DNA of 64,000 nucleotides, taken from Candidatus Marinacidobacterales bacterium (GTDB lineage Bacteria > Acidobacteriota > Vicinamibacteria > Marinacidobacterales > SMYC01). Shown piece by piece: positions 1 to 11,947 of this stretch (its first letter is position 1; each line of letters begins with the position of its first letter). A program made the position numbers and the translations under genes. Location: positions 2,002,567-2,066,566 of the forward strand of contig CBDFHB010000002.1 in the NCBI GenBank assembly GCA_965247365.1. The letters run 5' to 3'. The notes under the pieces are model-generated. The model saw nothing but the letters and a program-made list of their open reading frames with translations, did not search any database and had not been told where the DNA came from.

Positions 1-774
1 TGGAAGAACATCAGCAGCAATCTCCCCCGGCATCACCCGGTCTACGTACTCCACGAGGATCCGAAGAACCCCCATCTTCTACTCGTCGGCACCGAGTTCG
101 CAATCTTCTACTCGATTAATGGTGGCGAGTCCTGGACGAGGTTCAACAACAACCTGCCCACGGTGGCGATCCACGATCTGGTCATTCACCCTCGCGAGAA
201 CGACCTCATCGCTGGAACCCACGGTCGCGGGATCTGGGTCCTGGATGACATCTCGGCCCTTCAACGGGCGACGCCGGAGGTGCTGTCTTCGGAAGCGCAT
301 CTGTTCGACGTCCGCCGCGTGACCCAGTGGCTCGGGGTCGAGCCCCAGGGCAGGGGTGGCTCCCTGGCCTTCCGCGGAGAAAACCCCACCAAGAACGCTG
401 TCATTCAGTACTACATGGGTTCCGGAGCCGAGGGTGACGTTACGTTCGAGGTCGCCGGAGTCGCCGGAGAAAGAAAACGCACGTTAACCGTCTCCGCCGA
501 GCCCGGCATCAGCCGGCTCGAATGGGACCTGCGCTACGACCCGACGCCCGAGCAGGTGCGCGCATTCGAGGAGGGAATGGAGCGGGCTCGTCGTCGGGGT
601 TCCGGCGGCGGATCCGGCGGGCAGGAGGCGCAAGGCGATCGGGTCGAGCCGGGCCAATACGCGGTGACGATGACCGTCAAGGGCAAGCGATACACCAAGC
701 CGATCACGGTGCGCGCGGATCCCATGCTGACGGCGGTGACGTCGATGAGCCCGTCGGATGGCGGTTTGCGCTAG
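1..774 (+). CDS. C-terminal part (5'-partial) of a sortilin/Vps10-type BNR-repeat glycosyl-hydrolase-like protein; GC-rich paralog of 6689..9916
   Basis: Frame 1 is open from position 1 into the listed ORF 163..774. The C-terminus (WVLDDISALQ...HLFDVRRV) is co-linear with the end of the 1075-aa protein at 6689..9916 (LWILDDLTPLHQL...HLFKPRDAYRL). Confidence 0.6.
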   Translation, partial: WKNISSNLPRHHPVYVLHEDPKNPHLLLVGTEFAIFYSINGGESWTRFNNNLPTVAIHDLVIHPRENDLIAGTHGRGIWVLDDISALQRATPEVLSSEAHLFDVRRVTQWLGVEPQGRGGSLAFRGENPTKNAVIQYYMGSGAEGDVTFEVAGVAGERKRTLTVSAEPGISRLEWDLRYDPTPEQVRAFEEGMERARRRGSGGGSGGQEAQGDRVEPGQYAVTMTVKGKRYTKPITVRADPMLTAVTSMSPSDGGLR

Positions 775-847
775 TCACTTCGGAGGGCGGCAGCGGCTGA
801 AACCGGTGGCGGGTCCGGCGTAGCCACTGGCGGAGGCGGTCAAGCAG

Positions 848-1831
848 CTAGTGCGTTAGACGCTTCACGTTCGAGCCGTCCGCATCCATCACGTAAATGA
901 TCTGCGTGCCCTCGGCCATGCCCGCGGGCACGTCGACGTAGACGATCTTCGAACCGTCGGGCGAGAGCCTCGGGTCGATCACTGCACCGGTCGTCGTCCG
1001 CGTCAAACGCTTCTGGTCGGACCCGTCGGCGTTCATCATATAGATCTCAGTCTGGCCGTCGCGCCACGACATGAAGGCAATCTTCTTGCTGTCCGGCGAC
1101 CACGAGGGATACATGCCGTTATCGGGGTCGGTGGTCAGCTCGGCGAGTCCAGTGCCGTCCAGGTTCATCACGTTGACGTCCCGGCCGACGTGAAACGCGA
1201 GCCGAGTGCCATCGGGTGAGAATCGCGGAAACCAGTTCGACCCGGAATCGGTCAGGCGCTCGAGGTTCGATCCGTCGGCGTCGACCGCGTAGATCTCGAA
1301 CCCTCCGTCTCGATCGGACATGAAGGCGATGCGGGAACCGTCGGGCGACCAGGACGCGGAGACGTCGCGAGCGGGGTCGTTCGTCAGCCGCCTGGGATCG
1401 GAGCCGTCGGCGTTCATGACGTAGATATCGAAGTTGCCGTCGCGGTCGGTGTCGAAAGCGATCTTGCTTCCGTCGGGGGAGAACGTCGGATAGCCCTCGT
1501 CCGCTGGGTGGTTGGTCAGCCGCGTCGGATCCGAGCCATCGGCGTTTACCAGGTAGATCTCGCCGTTACCGTCCCGGTCCGAGTAGAAGACGATCTTCGA
1601 CCCGTCGGGGGACCAGGAGGGAGTACCGCTACGAACGACCCGATCGGAGCGAGATGCGTCGGGCACCGCTCGACCGTTCCAGTAAGCGAGTGCGGCAAGG
1701 CCTGCAACGCCGATCAGAGCCACCACGAGCAGCCGGCTTGTGAGCAAGCGCCTCCGGCGGTTGAGACAACAGTGCTTGAACTTCCTGCCGCTGCCACATG
1801 GGCAGGGCTCGTTGCGTCCGACATGGGCCAT
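848..1831 (-). CDS. Membrane-anchored TolB-like PD40 beta-propeller protein with an N-terminal SEC-C zinc-binding motif
   Basis: N-terminus reads [15 protein letters not shown] (SEC-C motif), followed by a hydrophobic TM segment and about seven repeats of [16 protein letters not shown] (PD40/TolB-type). Confidence 0.7.
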   Translation of the reverse strand: MAHVGRNEPCPCGSGRKFKHCCLNRRRRLLTSRLLVVALIGVAGLAALAYWNGRAVPDASRSDRVVRSGTPSWSPDGSKIVFYSDRDGNGEIYLVNADGSDPTRLTNHPADEGYPTFSPDGSKIAFDTDRDGNFDIYVMNADGSDPRRLTNDPARDVSASWSPDGSRIAFMSDRDGGFEIYAVDADGSNLERLTDSGSNWFPRFSPDGTRLAFHVGRDVNVMNLDGTGLAELTTDPDNGMYPSWSPDSKKIAFMSWRDGQTEIYMMNADGSDQKRLTRTTTGAVIDPRLSPDGSKIVYVDVPAGMAEGTQIIYVMDADGSNVKRLTH

Positions 1832-1939
1832 AGGGCTGCTGACAGTCTAGTCCCGGACGCGGAAGCTGGCCAAGCTCGATCCAGCGAGACCACCGTCGCG
1901 TTACTGACCCGTCAATAGACAAACCGACACTACGCCCGT

Positions 1940-2740
1940 ATGATGCCTTGGCGTGTAGCGCGAGCGGGGTTGGCCATGATATCTAGCGCAGCTCTTTCCA
2001 CGGCGTTGATGCTTCTCTCCGGGCTGGGCGCGGAGGAAGTGGAGCCGCTAAATGTCTATCTGTTTGCTAGGACTGTGGGAGAGCCCCTGTCTAGTTCCGA
2101 AAAAAAGGCCCGTGAGAAAGAGCTGAAGGCCAAGAGGGACGAAGCCAAGGACGCCCGCAAAGCATTAGATAAGAAACTCAAGGCCCTGTACGGCAAGGAC
2201 CGTTACGACTGGCCCGAGGAGGACCAAGAGGAGTACCGCCTAACTAAGGAGGCGGAGACGATGAGCCGCTTCGAGTATGACTACCTTAAGGACGGGGATG
2301 TCGCCAATGGGAATTGGCATTACCTGCACGCCTCGGTCGATGACATAACGCAAGCCATTGAAGGTAAGGGTGGCCGTAGGAAGAGAAAGTGGATCTCTCT
2401 CGTGCGCAACCGGGAGCAAGCTCATCTACTAGTCGAAGTTTGGGATCGCCGACACTCCTCTTCTTACGATCACTTCATCGCCGTGAGGATTGTGCCTGCT
2501 GAGACTCTCATTTCCAATCAACTTGGCGAGATCCGTCTCAAAGACAGTTCGTCGTGGCGGCTCCCCAGGGAGGTGGTGCATGCGTTCCGTGAACAGGAGC
2601 CATTTTGGATCATGGAGTGCAAGTACGGAAGCGACAAAATAACTGCCTGGGAGTACACAGCAGGGGCTGTGGCAGATACGATAAACGCGTTCATCAAGGA
2701 CAATCGGGCCGTCCGCATGGGAAAAGCTCCGGCCCAGTGA
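1940..2740 (+). CDS. Hypothetical secreted protein (signal peptide, K/E-rich coiled-coil segment, C-terminal globular domain)
   Basis: Complete 266-aa ORF with a hydrophobic N-terminus. Composition is slightly below the surrounding GC. No recognisable family. Confidence 0.45.
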   Translation: MMPWRVARAGLAMISSAALSTALMLLSGLGAEEVEPLNVYLFARTVGEPLSSSEKKAREKELKAKRDEAKDARKALDKKLKALYGKDRYDWPEEDQEEYRLTKEAETMSRFEYDYLKDGDVANGNWHYLHASVDDITQAIEGKGGRRKRKWISLVRNREQAHLLVEVWDRRHSSSYDHFIAVRIVPAETLISNQLGEIRLKDSSSWRLPREVVHAFREQEPFWIMECKYGSDKITAWEYTAGAVADTINAFIKDNRAVRMGKAPAQ

Positions 2741-3186
2741 CGGTGAGGTTCGTTCGTGCAAATCAGGCCTTGAACGGAACCCTCGGCAGCCCCCCCCCGA
2801 ACCCTTCTAACCTTTGTCGGCTTTGAGGAGCTTCGTCCTGCTCATGCTGAGGTATGGGCAAGCCCTCGAACGTCGCTTAGACGGCGACTGAGAGCTTCGT
2901 TTTATCGCAGCGAAAGATTCGAAGCCGCGCCCGGCTCGGGTCCGACCCGGCGCGAGAGCCCGTTTCCCATGTAAGACGAAATCCGGGGTGGAAAACCTCC
3001 CTGCCAACGCCGAAAATTCTCCCGCCGATTCCGTGCAATGAAAAGGGTGGTCACTTGCCCCTCGACTAGACTCGGTTTCGACCGCGAGAGACGAACATCC
3101 ATAAGTTCATGGGCGCGATTCTGCTCCATGGCTTTCGCCTGGCAAGCGCGAACGTATAGGATGCACAGATTGTCAGGAGGCTCCCA

Positions 3187-4547
<1,361 letters not shown>

Positions 4548-4551
<4 letters not shown>

Positions 4552-5816
4552 AGGCCCTTTGCTTGTTGCTGTTGTCGGCTTCCGCCGCGTCTGCTCAAAC
4601 CATTGCCATCGTCGGAGGTACGGTCCATACCGTCGACGGCGAGGTCATCGAGAACGGCATCGTTCTCATCGAGGACGAGCGCATCCAAAACGTCGGCCGT
4701 TCCCTCTCGATCCCGTCGAACGCCAGGCGGCTCGATGCCGATGGAAAAATCGTGACGCCGGGGCTCATCGACATCGGGACTTCTGTCGGCCTCATCGAGG
4801 TCCTAAGCCTTGCCGACACCCGCGACGCGAGCCTCGACAACGCAGACCCTTTCCGGCCCTCCTTTCGGGTGACCGACGGACTCAACCCGTACTCCATCGT
4901 CATTCCTGTCACGCGGCTCGGTGGCGTCACGACCGTGGCGAGCCTGCCCTCGGGAGGCATTCTCGCGGGGCAAGCGGCCGTCATCGACCTCACAGGATGG
5001 CGCGCCGCCGACATGATCGTGCGCGAACCGGCGGCGCTGGTCGGCGCGTTCAATCCCGCGGCCGCGGAAACGGTGGGAGGGGCCCGAGGTGCTCTTGGGC
5101 TTCGCCTGCGTGAAGCTCTCGACGACGCCCGTTTCTATGGCGAGAACGAGGAGGCGTTCGCCTCGGCCGCGCTCCGCGAGCTTTCGATGTCGAGGCTCGA
5201 CCTCGAGGCGCTGAAAAACGCTATGAGCACCGTGCTGCCCTTCGTCGTCCGCGCCTCTAGCACCGCGGATATCGATGCAGCGATGGCTCTCGCCGGCGAG
5301 TATGACCTCGATCTCGTCGTTCTCGGTGGCGAAGAGGCGTGGCGACGAAGCGGCGATCTCGCCGCGTCGGAAACGCCGGTGATCGTCAAAGCCTACGCGA
5401 ACGTTCCGGTGCAGTTCGATCGTCTCGGAACGCGTTTCGACAACGCCGCCCTCCTCGCAAGGGCAGGTGTACGCGTCGTGCTCTCCACGCTCGACACGCA
5501 CAATGCAAGAAATCTCCGTTTCGAGGCAGGGCAGGCCGTCCGCCACGGGATGAAGTGGGAGGAGGCGCTTCGCGCTGTGACGTTGACCCCTGCGGAAGTC
5601 ATGGGCATCGCGGACACGCACGGGTCACTCGAGACGGGCAAAACGGCGAACGTCGTCGTGTGGTCAGGCGATCCCTTCGAGCCCGCCTCCGCGGCGGAGC
5701 ACGTCTTCATCCGGGGCCGCGAGATCGAGCACGACTCCCGACAGATTCGACTGCTCGAGCGCTACAAGAACCTCGACGGCCGACCCGTGCAATACCTGGG
5801 AAACCCAACACCCTGA
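4548..5816 (+). CDS. Secreted amidohydrolase family protein (second gene of the pair)
   Basis: Start overlaps the upstream stop (ATGA). Has a signal peptide and the motif TPGLIDIGTSVGL. Same fold family as the upstream gene but divergent. Confidence 0.7.
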
Positions 5817-6025
5817 GAAAAGCAAAAGGCTAGGAAATTTCATACCTGTCCGGCCCCGGTCCGCACGAAAATTTGCCTCACTGGAAGGGGCCGTGCAGAC
5901 TGATTGAATCCTGGCAGACCGAGTTCCGCACTTCACCACTGCTTGCCGTTTCCATAACGAATCTAGTACGTGTGACCCACCTCAACCACCAGCGAATTGG
6001 GGACCTAACGCCGATTCAACAAGGC

Positions 6026-6550
6026 CTACAAGCTCCTGGATACGGCGAGCCTTCGATGGAGGCGCATCAACGCACCGGAGCTCGTCGCTCGAGCAAGTAG
6101 ACGATAGCGGCCTGTTGCTCGCGCTCGATCCAACCAGCGATGGCGACGACCAACAATGTCAAGGGCTGGATCGGCGTGCTCATGACCGAAGATTCTAGCT
6201 TGCATTGGCGAACCAAGCGTTGACAAGTCTATTCGAAACGTCCCGGCGCAAGCGGGTCTTGACTTCGTTTGCTTTTTTGGACACGACGGGTTTCGAATTG
6301 ACTGTCCACGGTTCCCGGTGTTACCACTCGTTTGGCCAAAACCGAAATCCAGCACCTTTACATGACCGCCGACCGTTAGCATGATGTTGGGCGGTTTCAA
6401 GTCTCGATGAACGATGTGCTCCCGATGAGCCGTGTCGAGTGCCTCGGCGATCTCCGAGGCGATGCGCTGCACGGCGACGAGCGACAAAGCCTCCGGCTTC
6501 AAGCGGTCGCCGAGCGTCTCACCTCCGATATACTCCATGGCTTGATCCAC
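6026..6550 (-). pseudogene. Ser/Thr protein kinase remnant (catalytic-loop fragment only)
   Basis: Contains HRDLKPPNIML (catalytic loop) and KVLDFG (DFG motif). The N-lobe is absent (stop immediately upstream). The sequence after DFG is nonsense in this frame, while an alternate frame gives LAKRVVTPGT... then a stop. Confidence 0.55.
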
Positions 6551-6688
6551 GCTCTCAAGTGTTGGGCAGGCTCAATACATAGTGTCTATCCGATATATTC
6601 TAGTGATGAGCCCAGCTAATCCAAAAGATTATATGCGGGTATTTAGAGAGCAGAGCGTAAGCCTTGGAAATGATAAAAGGAGGTAAAG

Positions 6689-9600
6689 ATGATTAGATTT
6701 AAGACATTCCCAAAATCAACTCTCTTATTCACTCTCTTTCTTGCACCATTGTTAGTGATAGCGATAGCTGAGCCAGTAACCACTTATGCGAACAATAATG
6801 ATAAGAGCAGTAATATTGTTTATGATCCCGATCTATATGCTGCAATGAAATATCGCTTAATCGGGCCCCACCGAGGCGGGCGAGTTACCGCAGTGGAAGG
6901 GATTCCGGACAAGCCTTTCACCTTTCTTATGGGAACAGTAGGCGGCGGTGTCTGGAAGACCACCGATGCCGGTGAAACCTGGAAAAATATTTCAGACGGG
7001 TACTTCAATGTGGGTTCTATAGGCGCGGTTACTGTCGCTCCATCCGACCACAATGTTATTTACGTTGGCGCTGGTTCTGCAGGTGTTCGCGGTTGTGTCT
7101 CTGTTGGCGACGGTGTCTACAAGTCGACTGATGGAGGCAGAACATGGAAACATACCGGTCTTCCTGAAGCCGGGCAGGTTAATGTGATCAGGGTTCACCC
7201 CAAAAATCCAGACTTGGTTTATGTAACAGCGTTGGGGCACATATTTGGACCAAATGAGGAACGCGGCATATATCGTTCAAAGGATGGAGGTCAAACGTGG
7301 GAGAAGGTGCTGTACCTGAGTGAGAAGACAGGAGCCATAGACCTGGTGATGAGCCCGGATAATCCACGAGAGCTATATGCGGCTATGTGGAGGGCAGAGC
7401 GGAAGCCATGGACCATGATCAGTGGAGGTAATGAAGGAGGAATATACAAAACAACCGATGGAGGAGATACATGGACCAGGTTGACAAATGGTATTCCGGA
7501 ATATCCTATTGGAAGAATAGGCCTGGCTATTTCCAAGGCGAATCCAGACCGTTTGTACGCACTTATCGAAGCTACAGGATGGAAAACAGGTCTTTATCGT
7601 TCTGAGGACAGGGGGAAGGAGTTTAATCTCATTAATCCGGATAAGAATTTAATGGCTCGCCCCTGGTATTACACGCATGTTGATGCTGACCCCCAGAACG
7701 CAGAGATTGTTTGGGTAAATAATGAACGTCTTTCAAAATCAATTGATGGAGGTAAGACTTTTAAGAGGGTAGCAACGCCACATGGGGACAATCACGATAT
7801 GTGGATAAACCCGGACAATCCGGATTTGATGATCCAGTCAAATGACGGTGGAGCTAATATTACGCTCAATGGAGGGGAAACATGGAGCACACAGTATAAC
7901 CAGCCAACTGCCGAGCTCTACACAGTGGAGGTAGACAACCAATTTCCTTACAGGGTTTACGCGCCTCAGCAGGACAACTCCACCATAAGTATTCCAAGCC
8001 GCGTTACTGGTAGGCCTCTTACACCCACTCAACTATGGTATGGAGTTGCTGGTGGCGAGTCAGGGCCTATTGCTGTTGATCCGGGAGATCCAAACATGAT
8101 CTATGGAGGAAAGTTTGGCAGAATCAGTCGACTTAATCTTAAAACCGGTCAGGAACGGGAAATCGCGGTATATCCGGAGGGTCTGCAATCCATGCCTAAC
8201 GCAGAGATTAAGTACCGCTTCCAGTGGGAATCCCAGATTTTAGTCTCCCCGCATAATCCGAACGTTATCTACCATCCATCTCACGTGGTACACAAGACGA
8301 CCGACCAAGGTCAGAGCTGGGAAGTTATAAGTTCTGACTTAACAAACTTCGAAAAACACAGAAATCTCCATTTGGATTTGCCCGGGGGGCCGATCACCCA
8401 TGATGCGACCGGAATAGAGATCTATGGAACTATTTTTGCTTTTGCAGAATCTCCACTTACCGAAGGCGAATTATGGGCTGGCAGCGATGATGGCTTGATT
8501 AATATCTCTCAAGATGGAGGCAAAACCTGGAACAATGTTACACCTAAAGGACTGGAGTTGCATAGCAAAGTCAAAGAAATTGCCTTGTCGAATCATCAAC
8601 CTGGCCGCGCTTTCGTAGCCGTAAACCGTTACCGTATGGATGACTTTAATCCTTACATTTACCGTACGCACGATTATGGAAATTCCTGGAAGCTATTAAC
8701 CAATGGAATTCCTGCAGGTCATCCACTCCGGTCCATAGCGGAAGATCCTGACCGCGAGGGATTAATATATGCCGGTACAGAGTTTGGGTTGTTTGTCTCG
8801 TTTGATAATGGTGACCACTGGCAATCATTTCAGCTCAACTTGCCAATAAGTCCTGTTATGGATTTGCAGGTGCATGAAAAGGATCTGGTTGTAGCAACGC
8901 AGGGCCGATCATTATGGATATTAGATGATTTGACCCCTCTCCACCAGCTAACAGACGAAGTGGCAAATGCAGATATCCATCTCTTTAAGCCTCGCGATGC
9001 CTATCGGCTGAGATTGAATCTTGGCCGGGCTGCAGCATCGCGTTCGCCTGAGAACCCGCCAAATGGAGCCATGATCTTCTATTCTTTCAAAGATGTGCCC
9101 AAAGATGTAGTTACCCTTGAAGTTCTGGATTCGAGTGGCAAAATTGTAAAATCGTTTTCCAGCAAAGACAAAAATGTTTTGCCTGTAAACAAGGGAATGA
9201 ACCGGTTCGTTTGGAATCTTAGATATCCGGGTCCGTATGTTACAAAAGGTGTAGATGAAGGCCGCAGCAGACCTATTCGAGGTTACCTGGGAGAAATCTC
9301 CGCCGCACCTGGGACATACAAGGTGAGACTTACGGTCGGCGAATGGAGCCACACGCAATCCCTTGAGGTTAAAAGAGATCCGCGTCTAGAAACAACTCAA
9401 GCAGAGTTACAGGAACAGTTCGATCTTATGGTTAAGGTGAGAGATAAAATAACTGAAACCCAGAAGAGCGTCACAAAGATCATGTCAGTGCGCGAACAGA
9501 TAAACAATAAAGCTGAACGCGCAGCGAAGCCTGATCTAAAGCAGCTTGCGGAAGCTATCAGTAAGAAGCTTTCAATAGTCGAAAGGAAACTCTGCATAAC

Positions 9601-9916
9601 AGAGCACGGTTCAGACGAAGCTTTCTATGCAGGGATGACCCAAAGATTAGCTGTTTTGTACTCGGTTATCGGAGCGTCGGATCATAAGCCTATAGATTCA
9701 GCCTATGAAAGATTTGAAGATTTGAAGAAAGTTTTGTCTGCATATTTGGAGCAACTTAAGGAAATCTTCGAGGTCGACGTCAAAACATTTAATGATAGAC
9801 TTCTGGAAAGTGGGATAGAACCAATTGGAACAGCCAACGGTCGGAAGCTGTCTCGCCCAGGGGAGGCTGGTACCCCCCTTCAAATACGCTATCTGCGAAA
9901 CGAAGCCAACGCCTGA
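6689..9916 (+). CDS. Sortilin/Vps10-domain BNR-repeat glycosyl-hydrolase-like protein (1075 aa), compositionally foreign
   Basis: Repeated S-x-D-G-G-x-T-W BNR/Asp-box motifs (TTDAGETW, STDGGRTW, SKDGGQTW, TTDGGDTW, SIDGGKTF, SQDGGKTW). Signal peptide present. RBS AAAGGAGG. GC is far below the flanks. Confidence 0.8.
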   Translation: MIRFKTFPKSTLLFTLFLAPLLVIAIAEPVTTYANNNDKSSNIVYDPDLYAAMKYRLIGPHRGGRVTAVEGIPDKPFTFLMGTVGGGVWKTTDAGETWKNISDGYFNVGSIGAVTVAPSDHNVIYVGAGSAGVRGCVSVGDGVYKSTDGGRTWKHTGLPEAGQVNVIRVHPKNPDLVYVTALGHIFGPNEERGIYRSKDGGQTWEKVLYLSEKTGAIDLVMSPDNPRELYAAMWRAERKPWTMISGGNEGGIYKTTDGGDTWTRLTNGIPEYPIGRIGLAISKANPDRLYALIEATGWKTGLYRSEDRGKEFNLINPDKNLMARPWYYTHVDADPQNAEIVWVNNERLSKSIDGGKTFKRVATPHGDNHDMWINPDNPDLMIQSNDGGANITLNGGETWSTQYNQPTAELYTVEVDNQFPYRVYAPQQDNSTISIPSRVTGRPLTPTQLWYGVAGGESGPIAVDPGDPNMIYGGKFGRISRLNLKTGQEREIAVYPEGLQSMPNAEIKYRFQWESQILVSPHNPNVIYHPSHVVHKTTDQGQSWEVISSDLTNFEKHRNLHLDLPGGPITHDATGIEIYGTIFAFAESPLTEGELWAGSDDGLINISQDGGKTWNNVTPKGLELHSKVKEIALSNHQPGRAFVAVNRYRMDDFNPYIYRTHDYGNSWKLLTNGIPAGHPLRSIAEDPDREGLIYAGTEFGLFVSFDNGDHWQSFQLNLPISPVMDLQVHEKDLVVATQGRSLWILDDLTPLHQLTDEVANADIHLFKPRDAYRLRLNLGRAAASRSPENPPNGAMIFYSFKDVPKDVVTLEVLDSSGKIVKSFSSKDKNVLPVNKGMNRFVWNLRYPGPYVTKGVDEGRSRPIRGYLGEISAAPGTYKVRLTVGEWSHTQSLEVKRDPRLETTQAELQEQFDLMVKVRDKITETQKSVTKIMSVREQINNKAERAAKPDLKQLAEAISKKLSIVERKLCITEHGSDEAFYAGMTQRLAVLYSVIGASDHKPIDSAYERFEDLKKVLSAYLEQLKEIFEVDVKTFNDRLLESGIEPIGTANGRKLSRPGEAGTPLQIRYLRNEANA

Positions 9917-9919
9917 ACG

Positions 9920-9946
9920 AAAGGGGCTACGATCTAGCCCTCCTAG
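9920..9946 (+). terminator. Putative intrinsic terminator after the BNR gene
   Basis: Perfect 8-bp stem aggggcta / tagcccct with a 4-nt loop, immediately 3' of the stop, followed by a T-containing tract. Confidence 0.35.
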
Positions 9947-10273
9947 CGTTTATGTTGGCATCATCGGCCGGCGGTACCAGAGCCGTCTGCAGTAAGAAAC
10001 CTGGTATCACGACAAAAATCCAATCTTGTCCAGCCAATTGGTCCTGGGGTGACGTGCGAACGGCTGAGATGGTTCCAACTTGGTTCCAAACCAGCGTGCC
10101 CTACGGTGCCCTAAGAGTCTTATCTCGCGCCGTCTTCCTTTGTTTAGGTGCTCTTAGGTTACGGTGGGTCTTCCTGGTTCGTAAGGGTGCAAATTCGTAA
10201 TCAGCAGGCCGGCGGTTCAAATCCGCCCGCCGGCGGAACATGTCAACAACATTGAGACACTCGCGAGCTGCAT

Positions 10274-11407
10274 TTAGTGAGCCTCGATTAACTTTCGGCG
10301 ACTGGTGATGTCCGCGTGGTCGACGTCTGCTTCGCTCGCGATCTCGTTGGGTGAAGCAGAAAAAGGGGGTACCCCAGGTATGGACGACGCCGAGAGAATG
10401 GCTCCTGCGGCATCCTGGAGCGTCGTTTTCTGCGGCGGCGGGTTGATCCAGGCCTGAGGAGGCAAAACGGGAGGTTGTGGCGTTCCGCGAACGAAGCGCT
10501 CGGGATGAGCACGCTGAGCCTCGAGAAGGATCTGGCGCCGAGCGGTGGTGAGTTGTTCGGCGCGACCGTAGTGAACGTCGGCCGGTGTCATAAGGCCGAC
10601 CCCCGAGTGCCGGTGGTCATTGTTGTAGTAGTCGAAGAAACCGCGGCAGAACAGCCGGCTGTCTTGGATGGAACCAAAACGGCTGGGGAACTGAGGGCAA
10701 TACTTGAGCGTTTTGAACTGAGACTCGGAGTAGGGATTGTCGTTCGAGACGTAGGGTCTGGAGTGGGTCTTGGTCACGCCGAGGTCTGCCAAGAGCAAAG
10801 CCACGGACTTGCTTCGCATCGAGCTGCCACGATCCGCGTGCATGGTGAGCTGGTCTGGTTCAATGTTTTGCTTGCGACAGCTCTCGGCGATGAGGCGTTT
10901 CGCGAGCTCGGCGCTTTCTCGGTGAGCCAGCATCCAGCCAACCACGTAGCGGGAGAAGATGTCGAGGATGACGTAGAGATAGTAGTAGGTCCACTTGACG
11001 GGGCCACGAAGCTTCGTGATATCCCACGACCAAACCTCGTTGGGCGCCTCGGCCAACAGCTCCGGCTTGGCGTAATTCGGATGGCGCAGTTGGTTCCGGC
11101 GCTCTCGGACCTCGCCGTACTTTTCCAAAATCCGATACATCGTGCGAATCGAGCAGAGGTAGATTCCCTCGTCCAGAAGCGTGGCCCACACCTGCGCGGG
11201 CGCCTTGTCGACGAAACGCTCACAGTGCAAGGCTCCGAGGACCTTCTCGCACTCGGTCTCGTCGAGGGCTCGGTGCGGCCGAGGACGACGCTTCGGTTTG
11301 GGCGTCACCAGCTGGCGCCTGCGATACAACGTGGAACGAGCCACACTCAGAGCCTCGCAGGCTTCCGCCGTCTGCCCAATCTGTCCCGCCAGCTCCTCGG
11401 CCGCCAC
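10274..11407 (-). CDS. IS transposase OrfB (DDE integrase-core/rve domain), 377 aa
   Basis: WSWDITKL...YLYVILDIFSRYVVGW...HADRGS...YNNDHRHSGVG are typical rve-domain DDE motifs. Protein is identical in all three copies. Confidence 0.8.
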   Translation of the reverse strand: MAAEELAGQIGQTAEACEALSVARSTLYRRRQLVTPKPKRRPRPHRALDETECEKVLGALHCERFVDKAPAQVWATLLDEGIYLCSIRTMYRILEKYGEVRERRNQLRHPNYAKPELLAEAPNEVWSWDITKLRGPVKWTYYYLYVILDIFSRYVVGWMLAHRESAELAKRLIAESCRKQNIEPDQLTMHADRGSSMRSKSVALLLADLGVTKTHSRPYVSNDNPYSESQFKTLKYCPQFPSRFGSIQDSRLFCRGFFDYYNNDHRHSGVGLMTPADVHYGRAEQLTTARRQILLEAQRAHPERFVRGTPQPPVLPPQAWINPPPQKTTLQDAAGAILSASSIPGVPPFSASPNEIASEADVDHADITSRRKLIEAH

Positions 11408-11409
11408 AA

Positions 11410-11877
11410 TCAGTCGTTCTCGTCGCTGTCGAGCGGATTCAGGGGGATCCCCAGCAGTTCGGAGGCTTTTTTTTGGATCTCCAACATCGTCTCCACTCGA
11501 GCCAGGCGACGTTGGAGCCGGGCGTTCTCGCGCTCGAGCTCCTTGACCCGTGGATCCTCTGCCTTCGCCTTCCGGCCTCGCTTTCTCGACGTCAACCCCG
11601 CCTTCGCGATCTCGTCACGTTGGCGGCGCCAACTCGATAGCTGCGACGAGTACAGGCCCTCTCGACGCAGAAGTGCCGCAATATCCCCGACACCCTTGCA
11701 GGCGTCGGCCTCGCGCACTAGCCGCAGCTTGTACTCCGCGGTAAAGCGTCGACGCTTCGCTTGCTCACTCACTTCCGTTTCCGGGACCCCCGCCGCATCG
11801 CGGCCGGCGGGATCTCCAGTCGCCCTACGGGCTCCTTCCGTTCCCGCCGGGGTCATTCTCTCAATCAATGAACTCAT
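11410..11877 (-). CDS. IS transposase OrfA (HTH transposase_8-like plus coiled coil), 155 aa
   Basis: RRRFTAEYKLRLVREA...GDIAALLRREGLYSSQLSSWRRQ HTH, followed by a leucine-zipper-like C-terminus. Lies 2 nt upstream of OrfB without overlap. Confidence 0.75.
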   Translation of the reverse strand: MSSLIERMTPAGTEGARRATGDPAGRDAAGVPETEVSEQAKRRRFTAEYKLRLVREADACKGVGDIAALLRREGLYSSQLSSWRRQRDEIAKAGLTSRKRGRKAKAEDPRVKELERENARLQRRLARVETMLEIQKKASELLGIPLNPLDSDEND

Positions 11878-11947
11878 TGATGATCCTCCTCCGCCCTACA
11901 CACTAATTTCAAGGGGCGAAGTGTCTCAAGGATGTTGGCACAGAGGG

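Larger units (their letters stand above)
10233..11947 (-). mobile_element. IS3-family-like insertion sequence, copy 1 (1715 bp, two ORFs)
   Basis: Matches the other two copies end to end. The left end begins CCCTCTGTGCCAACATCCTTGAGACAC and the right end finishes ...GTGTCTCAATGTTGTTGACATGTTCCGC; these form imperfect terminal inverted repeats of about 20 bp. Confidence 0.8.

Noticed and set aside
10140-10236. Possible complete tRNA gene upstream of IS copy 1
   Set aside because: Only a T-arm (GGCGG/TTCAAAT/CCGCC) and a 3' acceptor-like strand could be found. There is no complementary 5' acceptor strand and no anticodon arm. At most it is a tRNA 3' fragment, so it is kept as a low-confidence note only.
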